A DNA stretch of 64,000 bases from Octopus vulgaris (taxonomy: Eukaryota), in the NCBI GenBank assembly GCA_951406725.2, contig OX597817.1, forward strand, positions 154,380,001 to 154,444,000, read 5' to 3'. Within the stretch, counting starts at the first letter, position 1. The number at the start of each line of letters is the position of its first letter. The position numbers and the translations under genes are program-made. Positions 1-13,295 of this stretch are shown here, piece by piece. The notes under the pieces are model-generated. The model did not search any database and was not told the origin of the DNA. It saw only the letters and a list, made by a program, of their open reading frames with translations.

Positions 1-178
1 GCTGGACGGGACGACAGTCCATCGCAGCCTTACTCATTTTTGCCAGCTGAGTGGACTGGAGTAACGTGAAATGAAGTGTTTTGCTCAAGAACACAACGCG
101 TCGCCCGGTCCAGGAATCGAAACCACAATCTTACGATCATGATGCTGACACCCTAACCACTAAGCCATGCGCCTCCAC
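1..178 (-). mobile_element. tRNA-derived SINE (V-domain-like), 5' part
   Basis: Minus strand has A/B boxes tggcttagtggt / ggtttcgattcc followed by ctgcgatggactgtcgtcccgtccag. Confidence 0.7.
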
Positions 179-285
179 CATCATACTTATTTACTTCTAC
201 TTTTTTCGAAATATCTCTATCTTATTCCAAAATAAACAAACCAACACCTCTATGACACTGACTGTTGCACCTAAAACCTATCCTA

Positions 286-395
286 AAAATGAGTAAGGCT
301 GCGATGGACTGTCGTCCCGTCCAGCTGGGGAACACATACGCCATTGAAACCGAGAAACCGGGCCCATGAACCTGGCTAGGCTTTAAAGGGCGCAA
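286..395 (+). mobile_element. 3' part of the same SINE family, inverted relative to 1-178
   Basis: 286-325 is the reverse complement of about 1-40. Confidence 0.65.
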
Positions 396-745
396 TTATT
401 ATATTATTATTAAATAAGTATGATGAGGATGGAATCGAACCCACGAGCAAACTGTTTCAGTTGACGAGTAGAATTCCATACAGATTAGTTTCTTCTTAAA
501 GTGAAATATTTAAACCTTAACATTAAAATTAGAAAGTAATGGACACTGTTCAAAGCGCGACCGTTCAGTCTTTGTATATCTTGGTAGGAATTACATTTTC
601 CTATCTATTCTCTATTGAAGACAGCAGGATGTGATCTGAAGTACATTTCGGTGCCATTTCGAGCAGGTCGAACGATCATGAAGAACTCTTTTGTTGAATA
701 ACAAGACCAGCCAATATACAATGACAATATACAATATACAATGAA

Positions 746-965
746 AGGCGGCGAGCTGGCAGAAAGGTTAGCACGCCGGGCGAAATGCGTAGCCGTATTT
801 CGTCTGCCGTTACGTTCTGAGATCAAATTCCGCCGAGGTCGACTTTGCCTTTCATCCTTTGGGGGTCGATAAATTAAGTACCAGTTACGCCCTGGGGTCG
901 ATGTAATCGACATAATCCGTTTGTCCTCTCTGTGTTTAGCCCCTTGTGGGCAGTAGTGAAATAAA
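746..965 (+). mobile_element. SINE family C (about 230 bp, Nin/Deu-like core gccgaggtcgactttgcctttcatcc)
   Basis: Head ggcggcgagctggcaga, B-box-like gagWtcaaattcc. Many further diverged copies (e.g. 1468, 3565, 20360, 25815, 34160, 35657, 37908, 51930). Confidence 0.85.
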
Positions 966-3900
966 TATACAATGACAACATCGTACGTAGAGAAGGTATT
1001 TTTGGACAGCAATGCAGCATTCATTCTCCACTGCTCTCTCTCACTCTCTCTCTCTCTCTCTCTCTCTCTATCAGTTTTCTTATGCACAACTCCCTCCACT
1101 CACTCCCATCTCTATTAGCAACGATCTCATGCTATCAACTATAAGTATCAGAAAACCTAATAGCATTTAACACCAAAATCGCAACTGCTTCTATCACTGT
1201 TGTTCCACTACAAATCTGCAAAGGAACACTAGTAATTAAAACATTTCATACAAGGTATACACGTCTCTACTTATCCTGCTGTCAGCGTGGATGCAAAACA
1301 TTTAAACTAAAAATATATTGAGCAATTACATACCCTATACAAAACATTTCATTTGTAGCTATGACTTGTTAAATAACCTTGGGTCATCAGTTTATTATTC
1401 GTCATTAAATGTAAAATTTTTATAAGCCTTACATGTAATTCGTAATATGATTCTTAATTGTTAAAACCGGCGAGCTGGCAGAATCATTAGAGCGTCGGAG
1501 AAAATGCTTTACAGTATTTCTTCCGATTCTTTGTTCTGAGTTCAAATCCTGTCAGGACTAACTTTGTCTTTCATCCTTTCAGGGTCGATAAAATAAAGTA
1601 CCTGTCAAATAGTACGATCAATGGTATCGACTTAACCCTCTTCTCAACAATTCTTCCTTCGCACCTAAATTAAAAACTATTTTTAGTTGTTGACGTTGTT
1701 AGATGATTTGATCTTGGCAATGTAAATACCTCAAATTTTAATTGTTCTTCGATTGCTTCAACCAATAATGCACTTTCTTTTCTGCTGTCAGATAGGTGTG
1801 GATATTAAATTTTAAGTGTCTTGCCAATGACGCATCATAGTTTCATTAACAGAATACAAATCAACGACACTTCAAATTAGAGTTCGATAACTAATTATTA
1901 TGGACATTGCGACTACTTCATATTATTGATGCTTTCATACCTCTATTTTAGGACTTAATGTTTCTTAATTCAGAAATCACTTGGGTTAATTTTTCCTTTG
2001 GCACCTTCTTATTTGACATAATGAATATCGGTAAAATATCGGAACTTATTAAAACTGTTATGTTTACAACAATTCTGTATATGAGATGATACACATCCAA
2101 AAATACGTCGTATAAATATATGAACATTTTATAATAGTGAACGATAATTACTAATTCGTTGATTTAGTCTATATAATTTCACATATCTCTAGTAATTGGC
2201 CTCTTACGTGTCTCCTTTAATTATCAAACAGAGTAAGATTCGTCTGTTTCTCTATGTCTTTAATTAATTATGATTTATCGTGGAGGAATCAAAAGTTTTA
2301 ATCCTGTTTCGGATGATTTGAGAATAATCTCTTCGTGTGAATTTCTATCTTAATCTCTTATGTTAATATTACCATCATAACTTACAAACGTTAATTTCAG
2401 AGGTGAAAAAACATCCAAAATTTTCAATCAATCTAATATCAATACAATCCAACTAATGTTTAAAGATCTGTTTGCTAAGTAAAAAAACAAACTTAATAAA
2501 TTTCATACATCAGTCTAATTTAATCTTAAACAATCCATGCAGCAAATTCCTGTTGAATTGAGTCCATTGTTTTGTTGGATTCCAAGATGAAATTTCTTAT
2601 GCTCTCGATGATTATGCGAAAAAACTCATTAAGTATAAACAACAAATATATCTTTAGATTTTCGGTAGTAAAACTATCAGATGCAAACAAAATCTGGTGC
2701 TTGTATTACGCTTAAGTTCTCAACTTAGTAGTTAACCCTTATTAGTTACAAATCTCTATTCAACTGAATTGTCTTGAATTGGGATAACTTCTGTGTTATT
2801 GTTTATTTCATGTATTGTATTTCATGTATTGTATTTCACTGAAAGTAAAATATTTTTGTAAAAATATACATATGAACAATAAAGCAGAAATAAATTACTA
2901 TTAGTTTAAGAACGCAGGTCTTTTATGTTTAATCTTTCCTGAATTTGCCATGAGATCAAAATATGAAATTCCAATAAACATGCCGGTCTTTGTATATTTT
3001 ACTAAGACTTAAAACGAAGATATCAAATCAAAACAGGTGGATTGTTTTACTTCAGTTGAAAACGATGATAAAGATAATCTAGCTCCATACAAAATTTACT
3101 CCATTTAATTTTGGAAAGGAATTTTTGTAGACCTGACAGGAAAAATAAACCAGTTTAATCTGAATAAAACGAAAACAACGAATGTTATTTTCAGAGGTGA
3201 AATTTCATCTCAATCTGTTGGTATAAAAACTGAACAATTTCCGCCTTGTTATTTGATTTCTATTGAAGACAGTTTTTAATTTGATGGCTTGACATATTTT
3301 TGAGTAAAGTTCTACGTAAATAAAATTGTTTGAAGTTTCTTAAAAATTAGCTTTTGCTTTAAATATTAATGTCCTTTTACATAGCAGACAATTAGATAAC
3401 CAACTACAGTGTTTAAATTCAGCACTTACAATTTATCATAAGTTAACTGTCAGCGTTATTTAAAGCGTTTCTTTATAGCTTCTGCATCAATTCTTTTTAT
3501 TTCACTTTGAAGTGAAATAATTACGTCTATCCATTAGGATTCAGACTAAGAGTAGTTATAATAATCCTTTCTATTATAGGCACAAGGCCTGAAATGTTGA
3601 GGGAGAAGGCGAGTCGATTACAGCGACCCCACTGTTCAACTGGTGCTTATTTTATCTCCCTCAAAGGGTAAAAGGCCAAGTCGACCTCAACGAAATTTGA
3701 ACTTAGAACATAAAGCCGAAAGAAATACAGCGTGGCATTTTGACCGTGCTAACGATTCTGCCAGCTCTCCGCCTTCATAATGGTTTCAAATTTAGAAACA
3801 GAGCCAGCAGTTTTTGATGGAAGGGGAATTCGGTTACATCGACCCCAGTACTTCAATGTTTCTTATTTTACCGATCCCGAAAGGGGGAGGGGGGTACTGG

Positions 3901-4224
3901 ACCACAACGGCATTTGAACTCCGAATGTAAACTGCCGGAAGAAATACTGTAAAGCATTTGTCGGCGTGCTTACTATTCTGTGAGGTGGCCGATATGAAAT
4001 TCTGACTGATAACAAATGTGATAATGATTTCAGTTAGCACAAGGTTACGATTTTTGATAACAATAACAATCAATTGGCTCAGTTTATCGACTCCACATGT
4101 ATGGAAACAAAGAAAAGCTTACTTCAGGGTGTAAAGGAACGATTCTGTTCACATTATAATATTCTCTTTTACTTTGTTTGATAACTCTACGAAAATAGAG
4201 CAAACATTTTTCTTTGCTTTGTTG

Positions 4225-4261
<37 letters not shown>

Positions 4262-4264
<3 letters not shown>

Positions 4265-4642
4265 AGGCGCAATGGCCCAGTGGTTAGGGCAGCGGACTCG
4301 CGGTCATAGGATCGCGGTTTCGATTCCCAGACAGGGCGTTGTGAGTATTTATTGAGCGAAAACACCTAAAAGCTCCACGATGCTCCGGCAGGGGATGGTG
4401 GTGATCCTTGCTGTACTCTTTCATCACAACTTTCTCTCACTCTTACTTCCTGTTTCTGTTGTACCTGTATTTCAAAGGGCCGGCCTTGTCACTCTCTGTG
4501 TCACGCTGAATATCCCCGAGAACTACGTTAAGGGTACGCGTGTCTGTGGAGTGCTCAGCCACTTACACGTTAATTTCACGAGCAGGCTGTTCCGTTGATT
4601 CGGATCAACCGGAACCCTCGTCGTCGTAACCGACGGAGTGCT
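4262..4642 (+). mobile_element. SINE family A (tRNA-derived, about 385 bp, probably Octopus OR1-type)
   Basis: A box tggcccagtggt, B box ggtttcgattccc; 10 near-identical copies in the window. Confidence 0.9.
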
Positions 4643-4651
4643 AAGAGAGAG

Positions 4652-4746
<95 letters not shown>

Positions 4747-5101
4747 CACGAATATGAGTTAAGGGAATTAATTCAGATTGGCCAGTGGCAACAAAGAAGA
4801 ATAATGATTTGTTAAATACCATCCAGAAATGGTAGAACAATCATTTGGTAGCTATTGGGATCATCTCCAGATGAGAAAGGGAGATAATCTCGAGCATTTA
4901 GGCTACTCAAAAACTGACATGCTTTTAAGAAGACTGATTACCTGGCAACAAGACGACATTTGTGGACAAGTTCCGATGATGCTTCAATTGGTATCATTAA
5001 CACAGCGGTTCTACCTTAGTCGTTTTATGTTGAGAAAAAGAGAAGGGGAACATTACTTAGCACATATTTTCGGTCTTCCGTCTTAATACGGAAAATCGAT
5101 A

Positions 5102-5494
5102 TCTTTATATATAAAAGAAAGGTTGTGTGTCTGTCTACTCCGATTTAGATTCCTAACTACTCCCACATTTTGCGGTGTAGTTTAACCAAAACCGGGTATC
5201 TTATAGTCGTGATTCATATCGAGCCCTTCTGGGTATTAGCGCACGTCTACGATGAGTCTACGATTCTAAAAATAATTTACCATCATTTTTTTTCCACTTT
5301 AATGCATATTTTTTAAATATAAGGGAAGTAACTCTCTAAAAATGTCTACGATGAGTCAACGATTTTAAAAAAAGTTACCATAATTTTTTTTTCATTTTTA
5401 ATGCATTTTTTGCTATTTTTTGGCTATAACTCTCTAAAAATGCTTTATAGTTATTTCCCTTACAAACCCGAGCAACGCCGGGCGATACTGCTAG
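5102..5494 (+). mobile_element. Non-autonomous Helitron
   Basis: A|TC...CTAG|T termini, subterminal hairpin cccgagcaacgccggg, no TSD, 5 copies in the window. Confidence 0.88.
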
Positions 5495-5993
5495 TCGATA
5501 TATAATATATTTCAAGAAGCTGAGTGCAAGAAACGACAAAGTATAGGAATTAAGTGCCTTATAAAATTTAACTGCGTACTTCTATTTTCTAGGTTGAACT
5601 CTCATTTCGCTGATGTCATATTTTAACCCTCTGGCTCATAAAATAAATGCTGCTAATGTATCGAAGTCAATTCATTCTATTTTGCTTCTCCCAGCTTAAA
5701 CAATTTACATGGTACCAACTTAAAATAAATCGATATTTCACATATTTCAAGATACCGAAATATGTTGCATATACAAAAATGATGAAGCTTCCAGGCAGCC
5801 AAGTTCCAAACACACTGTTATAAATGCTATACGTTTTCATTCCGCTTTTCTGAAATGAACGGCCTTGGGCTACTTCAATATATATTTGTAAATTATTATA
5901 AAAGAGAAATTAGGCATTTCAAACTTAATTTTGTGTTTTAAATTGAATATATCACTTAGTATTTGGTTAAAGACATCGCTTTTAAAAATAATG

Positions 5994-6346
5994 CAGGAAG
6001 AAGAATTAGATTGTAATACATTTTCAAAATTTACTTCATTACAATTATTTAGTAATCGGTTTCTTTTTCGTTATAACACTAACATACATCAAAAGGGAGC
6101 ACATTTCACTGGGTTGCACGAAGTTATTCATCAACACGCTTCCCTTGCTGCCTTTTATATTGCTATTACAGTGGCCTCTGCTCCGTGAAGTTAACTTATT
6201 AGTTACCAACTACACTCTGACAGTCTCAAATTCTGTCGACGTCGACTTTGCCCTTCAAGGTCAGTAAAATAAGTACAAGCCAAGCGCTGGAATAGATATT
6301 ATCGACTTGTCTCCCACCCCTGAAATTGCTGGCCTTGTGCCAAAAT
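5994..6346 (+). repeat. 353-bp direct duplication, copy 1
   Basis: Near-identical to 8533-8885. Confidence 0.92.
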
Positions 6347-6778
6347 TTGCAACCATTATATATAGAAATAGAGTAGCGTAACTTCCATTCTCTCATGATC
6401 ATTACCGGAGTAATGTTGAAACTGAATCGTATTCTGCTGAGCAGAGACTTACTTCTATAACACCTGATGCGATATAAAAATTCTTTACAAAGTATGAGGT
6501 GAAACAACGTCCTTTTGCTCTATGAATGTTTGTTTTATTGTAGTCTGTAAATATCCTATAAATCTTTCAAAATGTGTGAACGAGTTATAAAATATTGTTT
6601 CTTTTATAACACTTCGTTTTGTACATTTGTATCACAACTGGAACAGTTTTCAGAAAACATTAGATCATTTATTGTTTCACCATTTTATAAGTACTTCGTG
6701 AAAATATAAAGATGATTGTTGGACAACGTAACCAGTTGTAAAATCACAGCTCGTCTGCTAATTTTACTTTGTTAATAA

Positions 6779-7174
6779 CTAGCAGTGTCGCCCGGCGTTG
6801 CTCGGGTTTGTAAAGGAAATAACTATATAAGCATTTTTAGAGAGTTATAGCCAAAAAATAGCAAAAAAATGCATTAAAAATGTAAAAAAAAAATTATGGT
6901 AATTTTTTTTTAAATCGTTGACTCATCGTAGACATTTTTAGAGAGTTACTTCCCTTATATTTAAAAAATATGCATTAAAATGGAAAAAAATGATGGTAAA
7001 TTTTTTTTTTAATCGTAGACTCATTGTAGACGCGCGCTAATACCCAGAAGGGCTCGATATGAATCACGACTATAAGATACCCTGTTTTGGTTAAACTACA
7101 CCGCAAAATGTGGGAGCAGTTAGGAATCTAAATCGTAGGAGACAGACACACAACCTCTCTTTTATATATAAAGA
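6779..7174 (-). mobile_element. Non-autonomous Helitron
   Basis: Reverse complement of 5102-5494. Confidence 0.88.
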
Positions 7175-7427
7175 TTAGAAATAAAGCTTGTAATTTAACA
7201 CACAATGCCAACAAATTTGAGAGATGGAAGTTATTCGATAATATCAATCCCAGTACTGGGTTAGTATTTTAGCTTACCGAACCCGAAGGGATGAATGATA
7301 AAGTTGGCTGCGTAAGGATTTGAACTTAAGGCAAAAGAAGTCGGGAGAAATGCCTCAATGTACTTTTTCTCTTTTCTGCTGCTCTAATGATTCTGCAAGT
7401 TTGCAGTTATTAGAACAAAATAATGAT

Positions 7428-7588
7428 AGGCGCAGGCATGGATGTGTGGTAAAAGGCTTGCTTCCCAACCACATGGTTCTAGGTTCGGTCCCACTGTGTG
7501 ACAGCTTGGGCAAGTGCCTTCTACAATAGCTTCGAGTCAACTGAAGCCTTGTGAGTAGATGTGGTAGACGGAAAGTGAAAGAAGCCCG

Positions 7589-7625
<37 letters not shown>

Positions 7626-7856
7626 CGTGCATGTGTGTGTGTGTGTATGTTTGTGTCTCTGTTGTGTCCACCACCACCGATTGACAACAGGTGCTGGTGT
7701 ATTTACGTTCCCGTAACCAAGCGGTTCGACAAAAGATATTGATAGAATAAGTACTAGGATGTAAAAAGAACGTACTGGGGTTGATTCTCTCAACTAAAAA
7801 AAATTTCAAGACGATCCACCCGCCCCCAGCTTGGCCGCAGTCTAATGACTGAAACT
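7428..7856 (+). mobile_element. SINE family B (diverged)
   Basis: ggcgcagg head, internal (TG)n, 3' atgactgaaac. Confidence 0.75.
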
Positions 7857-7945
7857 TTTTCAACCCTAGTCTTCCTTAACCGGACATACCAATGATCAAA
7901 AGTGTTCTAGTTGCGAATATCACAAACAGATAATGCATTTAGTAC

Positions 7946-8339
7946 TGGATGGATGGAAGCACTCCGTCGGTTACGACGATGAGGGTTCCGGTTGATCCGA
8001 ATCAACGGAACAGCCTGCTCGTGAAATTAACGTGTAAGTGGCTGAGCACTCCACAGACACGTGTACCCTTAACGTAGTTCTCGGGGATATTCAGCGTGAG
8101 ACAGAGAGTGACAAGGCCGGCCCCTTGAAATACAGGTACAACAGAAACAGGAAGTAAGAGTGAGAGAAAGTTGTGGTGAAAGAGTACAGCAGGGATCACC
8201 ACCATCCCTGCCGGAGCCTCGTGGAGCTTTTAGGTGTTTTCGCTCAATAAACACTCACAACGCCCGGTCTGGGAATCGAAACCGCGATCCTATGACCACG
8301 AGTCCGCTGCCCTAACCACTGGGCCATTGCGCCTCCACA
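7946..8339 (-). mobile_element. SINE family A
   Basis: TSD catttagtac; (tgga)n tail. Confidence 0.9.
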
Positions 8340-8532
8340 CATTTAGTACTACATTATCTAACACAACTTTCTGTCTTTTGAATATAGTATACGCGGTTTG
8401 AGGGGAATGTGGTAGCTATTTCATGTACGTAGTTTCTTCTTTGGCTTCTACTATGTCCCAATAATGAAATGTCCATACAATCGATTATACGTAATTCCTA
8501 CAAATTTGTTCCGTTGAGTCACTCTATGAAAT

Positions 8533-8885
8533 CAGGAAGAAGAATTAGATTGTAATACATTTTCAAAATTCACTTCATTACAATTATTTAGTAATCGGTT
8601 TCTTTTTCGTTATAACACTAACATACATCAAAAGGGAGCACATTTCACTGGGTCGCACGAAGTTATTCATCAACACGCTTCCCTTGCTGCCTTTTATATT
8701 GCTATTACAGTGGCCTCTGCTCCGTGAAGTTAACTTATTAGTTACCAACTACACTCTGACAGTCTCAAATTCTGTCGACGTCGACTTTGCCCTTCAAGGT
8801 CTGTGAAATAAGTACAAGCCAAGCGCTGGAATAGATGTTATCGACTTGTCTCCCACCCCTGAAATTGCTGGCCTTGTGCCAAAAT
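8533..8885 (+). repeat. 353-bp direct duplication, copy 2
   Basis: Near-identical to 5994-6346. Confidence 0.92.
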
Positions 8886-9317
8886 ATGAATCAATGCTCC
8901 TACAAAACTGAATTTCACAATAACATGCTGTTTATTTACAGCTTGGTGTTTTAGGCACCAAGTGGATATGTGATTCTTTCCAAGGACACAGTGCGGCTCT
9001 ATCAAAAAGAGGAAAACGAAAACCGTTATGCTGCCTTCCCTATCGACTTGTGCTGATGTAAAACTCTAATCTTTTATTTCGTGGTAATTCTTCACGTTGC
9101 ACATCATTACCAAAACTGCGTGGGTATAAGCCAGATTCTGTGAAGTACGTTAATTTCAAAAACCATAAATTTTGTAACCAAAACTTTTTCAAGAACAAAA
9201 AGCAAAAATAAAAGAATAACAAAGAAATTAATTTTAAACAATAAGGTAAAAGAAAAATAGATGAAAAATGTTTAATTTTCACACACAAACATACACATCT
9301 ATCGCTCTAATATATAT

Positions 9318-9730
9318 AGGCGCAGGAGTGGCTGTGTGGTAAGTAGCTTGCTAACCAACCACATGGTTCCGGGTTCAGTCCCACTGCGTGGCATCTTGGG
9401 CAAGTGTCTTCTACTATAGCCTCGGGCCGACCAAAGCCTTGTGAGTGGATTTGGTAGACGGAAACTGAAAGAAGCCTGTCGTATATATGTATATATATAT
9501 ATATGTATTTGTGTGTTTGTGTGTCTGTGTTTGTCCCCCTAGCATTGCTTGACAACCGATGCTGGTGTGTTTACGTCCCCGTCACTTCGCGGTTCGGCAA
9601 AAAGAGACCGATAGAATAAGTACTGGGCTTACAAAGAATAAGTCCCGGGGTCGATTTTCTCGACTAAAGGCGGTGCTCCAGCATGGCCGCAGTCAAATGA
9701 CTGAAACAAGTGAAAGAATGAAAGAAAAGA
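9318..9730 (+). mobile_element. SINE family B (tRNA head, internal TA/TG microsatellite, (aaagagt)n tail)
   Basis: ggcgcaggagtggctgtgtggtaag...gggttcagtccc...caaatgactgaaacaag; many copies. Confidence 0.88.
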
Positions 9731-9890
9731 ATATATATATATGTATGTATGTATGTATGAATGTATCTATTTATCTATCAATCTATCTATCTATGTACGT
9801 ATGTATGTATGCATCTAACTGTGACCGCGTGTGTATCGTAGGCGATTTTCTTTCTCCGTCTTCCCTTCCTTGGACCTTTCCTTTTTCTAA

Positions 9891-9925
9891 GTTTCTGACG
9901 AAGAGCTCCGCTCGAAACGTTAAAT
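9891..9925 (+). ncRNA. Minimal hammerhead motif in a PLE-like terminal fragment (about 9820-10025)
   Basis: gttt-CTGACGA-a-gagc(tcc)gctc-GAAA-cg-TT^-aaat; palindromic ACGT replaces stem III. Confidence 0.7.
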
Positions 9926-10595
9926 CCTTCTTCTTTCTTTCCTTTCCAGAGCGTCCAATAACACTATACTTGTTCCACGTCCTCGAGTTGTTGTGTTTAC
10001 TCTTTGTTCATGTTTGGATTAACTATCTATATGCATATATATATATATTACATATATATATACATACATACATACATACATACATACATGTATGTATATA
10101 TGTACGTATATATGCACACACAAACACACATATATCCTTGAAAATAAGATCATGCTAAATCTAAAATTATTAATTATACTTATAAGAGATTTTTCAAAAA
10201 GCTGATTAATACAAAGCATCAGATATCAGGTCTGCGTTCATCTGGTTGATCCAAAGAGTTCCATCTTTCAAAATGTGCGTTAATCTTCTATATTTTTATG
10301 CAAATAATAATTCTTAATGTAAGAAAATTTTCCTTCTCTTTTTTTGTTTTTTCAAATGCTAACTGTATCTAGAAAATTCTTTTCTGAAAATTCTCTTTAA
10401 CGTGTGTGTGCGTATTTTTTTGGTTGCGTCACGAGTTCGGGAAAGACAGTTCTGCAATTTCTTGGTGAACAACCTGCACAGATAATTTATTTGTAGTAAT
10501 CAAACTTTTGTGCTGCACATTAGACCATTCCTTCCATCAAGTCGATATTACCTGTACGGGTACACGGTGTGCCACACATCTGATGTCGATCCCGC

Positions 10596-10644
<49 letters not shown>

Positions 10645-10650
<6 letters not shown>

Positions 10651-10793
10651 TCTCCTTGTTTCTTCCTGTGTTCCTTTCTATGGAAGAGTGTAGGCTCGAA
10701 ACGTTAAAGACTTTTTCACTTCCCAAGCGTTATACTAATACATCTGTTTGTTGTCTACACCACCTGTCTTCGTCTTTTTTTTTGTGAATTCTC

Positions 10794-10797
<4 letters not shown>
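10645..10797 (+). mobile_element. PLE-like fragment in (TA)n with a degenerate minimal hammerhead (10674-10712)
   Basis: cttt-CTATGGA-a-gagt(gtag)gctc-GAAA-cgtt-aaag; homologous to 25116-25329, 40155-40275 and 53615-53810; (TA)n on both sides. Confidence 0.65.
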
Positions 10798-10840
<43 letters not shown>

Positions 10841-10843
<3 letters not shown>

Positions 10844-11057
10844 TTGGCATCCTTTCTGTCTCGGGAGACAATGGAGTTGCGCATGAAGTAGTCTAGTCCG
10901 GCTTTTATATTTCATGTCCTGATACATTTCCTGCTGTGGCTGTGTAGTCCTATCCTGGACAAACACTCCCTCTGGCAGGTACCGCAAATGTAGCGAAGAC
11001 TGTTCCTGGCTGGTTGTAATGCCATAGTCTCTTGTTGACGTCTCTTCTTTTCTTTCC

Positions 11058-11060
<3 letters not shown>
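10841..11060 (-). mobile_element. RTE-clade LINE 3' end
   Basis: YICGTCQRECLSRIGLHSHSRKC* C-terminal motif plus a short 3' UTR with a stem-loop. Confidence 0.85.
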
Positions 11061-11117
<57 letters not shown>

Positions 11118-11120
11118 ATG

Positions 11121-11174
<54 letters not shown>

Positions 11175-11501
11175 AGAGGTATAGGTATCCAGAAGACCCA
11201 AGGTGACAGGTAACGTTATGTAAGTGCAATGGAAGGACCGCAGTTAAACTCTCGGTTCGATAATGATGCGAGTGAGGATTCTACTGTGGATCTTGTATGA
11301 GCATGCATATGTTAAATAAAATGAGACAACAAAGCTAAGGCTGTGTGGAATTTTCAGGACATTTATAAAGAGAAAGCTAGTCTTACAGCTGTTTCTGGGA
11401 TATTAGGATTATCACTTCATCAGAATAAGTCCTGGGGTCGATTTGCTCGACTAAAGGCAGTACTCCAGCATGGCCACAGTCAAATGACTGAAACAAGTAA
11501 A

Positions 11502-11545
<44 letters not shown>

Positions 11546-11571
11546 TTACACATTTAAGTACAGACCGCGTC

Positions 11572-11618
<47 letters not shown>

Positions 11619-12846
11619 GTGCGGTCTGTACTTAAATGTGTAATGATTTTCTTTTTCTACAGCAATTGTTGCATGATGTCGAATCCACGGAATATATTTT
11701 TCGAGAATTGTACAAAATCTAACCACTTTGCTTAATACGTGACAAATTTCGTTAGAAAGAATCAAAACAAAATCAGGAAAAATGTATTTAAACGATGATT
11801 TAAAGTAGCAATATATTTTTTATCAGATCCTTTGTTATGCAGAACTGTTTGCTGTTTTGAAAAAGCACTGACGGCTAAAACAAGCGAGCTAATTGTCTTT
11901 AAATATAATAGTTATGGCTACATGCCATGTTATCTTATTAACATTGTATCCCTTGACAACCTTAACATTATGTCTACTTTATGTGAAGTCTATGAATAAA
12001 AAAATATGATATGAAACTAATATGAAACTAATAAGTATATGAAACTAAGTTTCTAAATCTATCACCTTAACAATTTCCACAAAATCTAATCATTTTTATA
12101 AGTGGTCTTATGAATCCCCAATAGTTAACTTTTACCAATATATCGATTGCAAGCTAGATGGTGGTATAAAGTTCATTGAAATTCGGTTAAGCAGCAACTT
12201 CTTACCTCCTTTGATTGATGCAATCCACTGAGAGAGTGAACGTTTCGAAATGATTTTTGCTTTATTTGTGTAATTATCAAATTTTCGTCTGTCTATAGAA
12301 AAATTTTAATTATTACTATGTTGCTCTAAGATCATTAATTTTAAACCAGAAGAAATTATTGAATATGTCTAAGAAATCTTCGGAATAATAATTGCTGTTT
12401 GATTTCAATATAAGCAACAAATGATTTAAACTGCTTACATTTGACTAGAAACATTTCTACTACATTTTGAATAATATGTCAGATCTCAGTAAGAAGCTTA
12501 AGTATTATGTTACAAATTCAACTACTTTAATAATTCAGATATTCAAACTAATTCTAAACACTGACGTTAAAATCTCCATAAAGAGTTGATATGGCATATC
12601 GTAACTGATTTAGTTTTTTCACAGAAAAAGATAATCTAAAATGTTTAGCAACGGCGAGAAACTTAGATAAACTTAGATATGTTTCGACCAAAGATTGGTC
12701 CAGGCCATGTCTAACTTAATAGCACCACCTGATAGGATTATTCGAATCCTGTTTAAGTCAAGTTTTGTTCAAGTAGTGAGTTCTTGTTGGGTGAGTTGTA
12801 ATGTTCGTTCGAACGGAACAGCCATACTGAAGTGGCGACAAACATT

Positions 12847-12963
<117 letters not shown>

Positions 12964-13295
12964 ATAGATAGATAGATAGATATCAAGTATCAGAAATTAT
13001 GACCACACAATATATATTATTAGTATCACTAGCGTTTCTATTGACACCAATTAATAGAAACTAACACCTTAAGTTACATCCTAATGTTTATAAAAAGATA
13101 GTTTTGTATGACTTATCTAATGTAGGTTTAGGTATACTGAGCCTGGAAAAAGTTGGTATGATCACATCTGGAGCATTTTTTATTAAAAGTCTGCTCAGCC
13201 AAGGCTGACCTGGGAACGAAAATAATAACTTACTAAATAAGAGAATGGTTTGATGGTGTCAGATTTTTTAATTTTTTAAAAATTTAGATGCTTTA

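Noticed and set aside
4262-4340. tRNA genes at SINE heads
   Set aside because: A/B boxes run into SINE bodies with TSDs; no proper acceptor stem or terminator.
12672-12714. Minus-strand hairpin with GAAAC
   Set aside because: Two-way stem-loop with no CUGANGA and no three-way junction.
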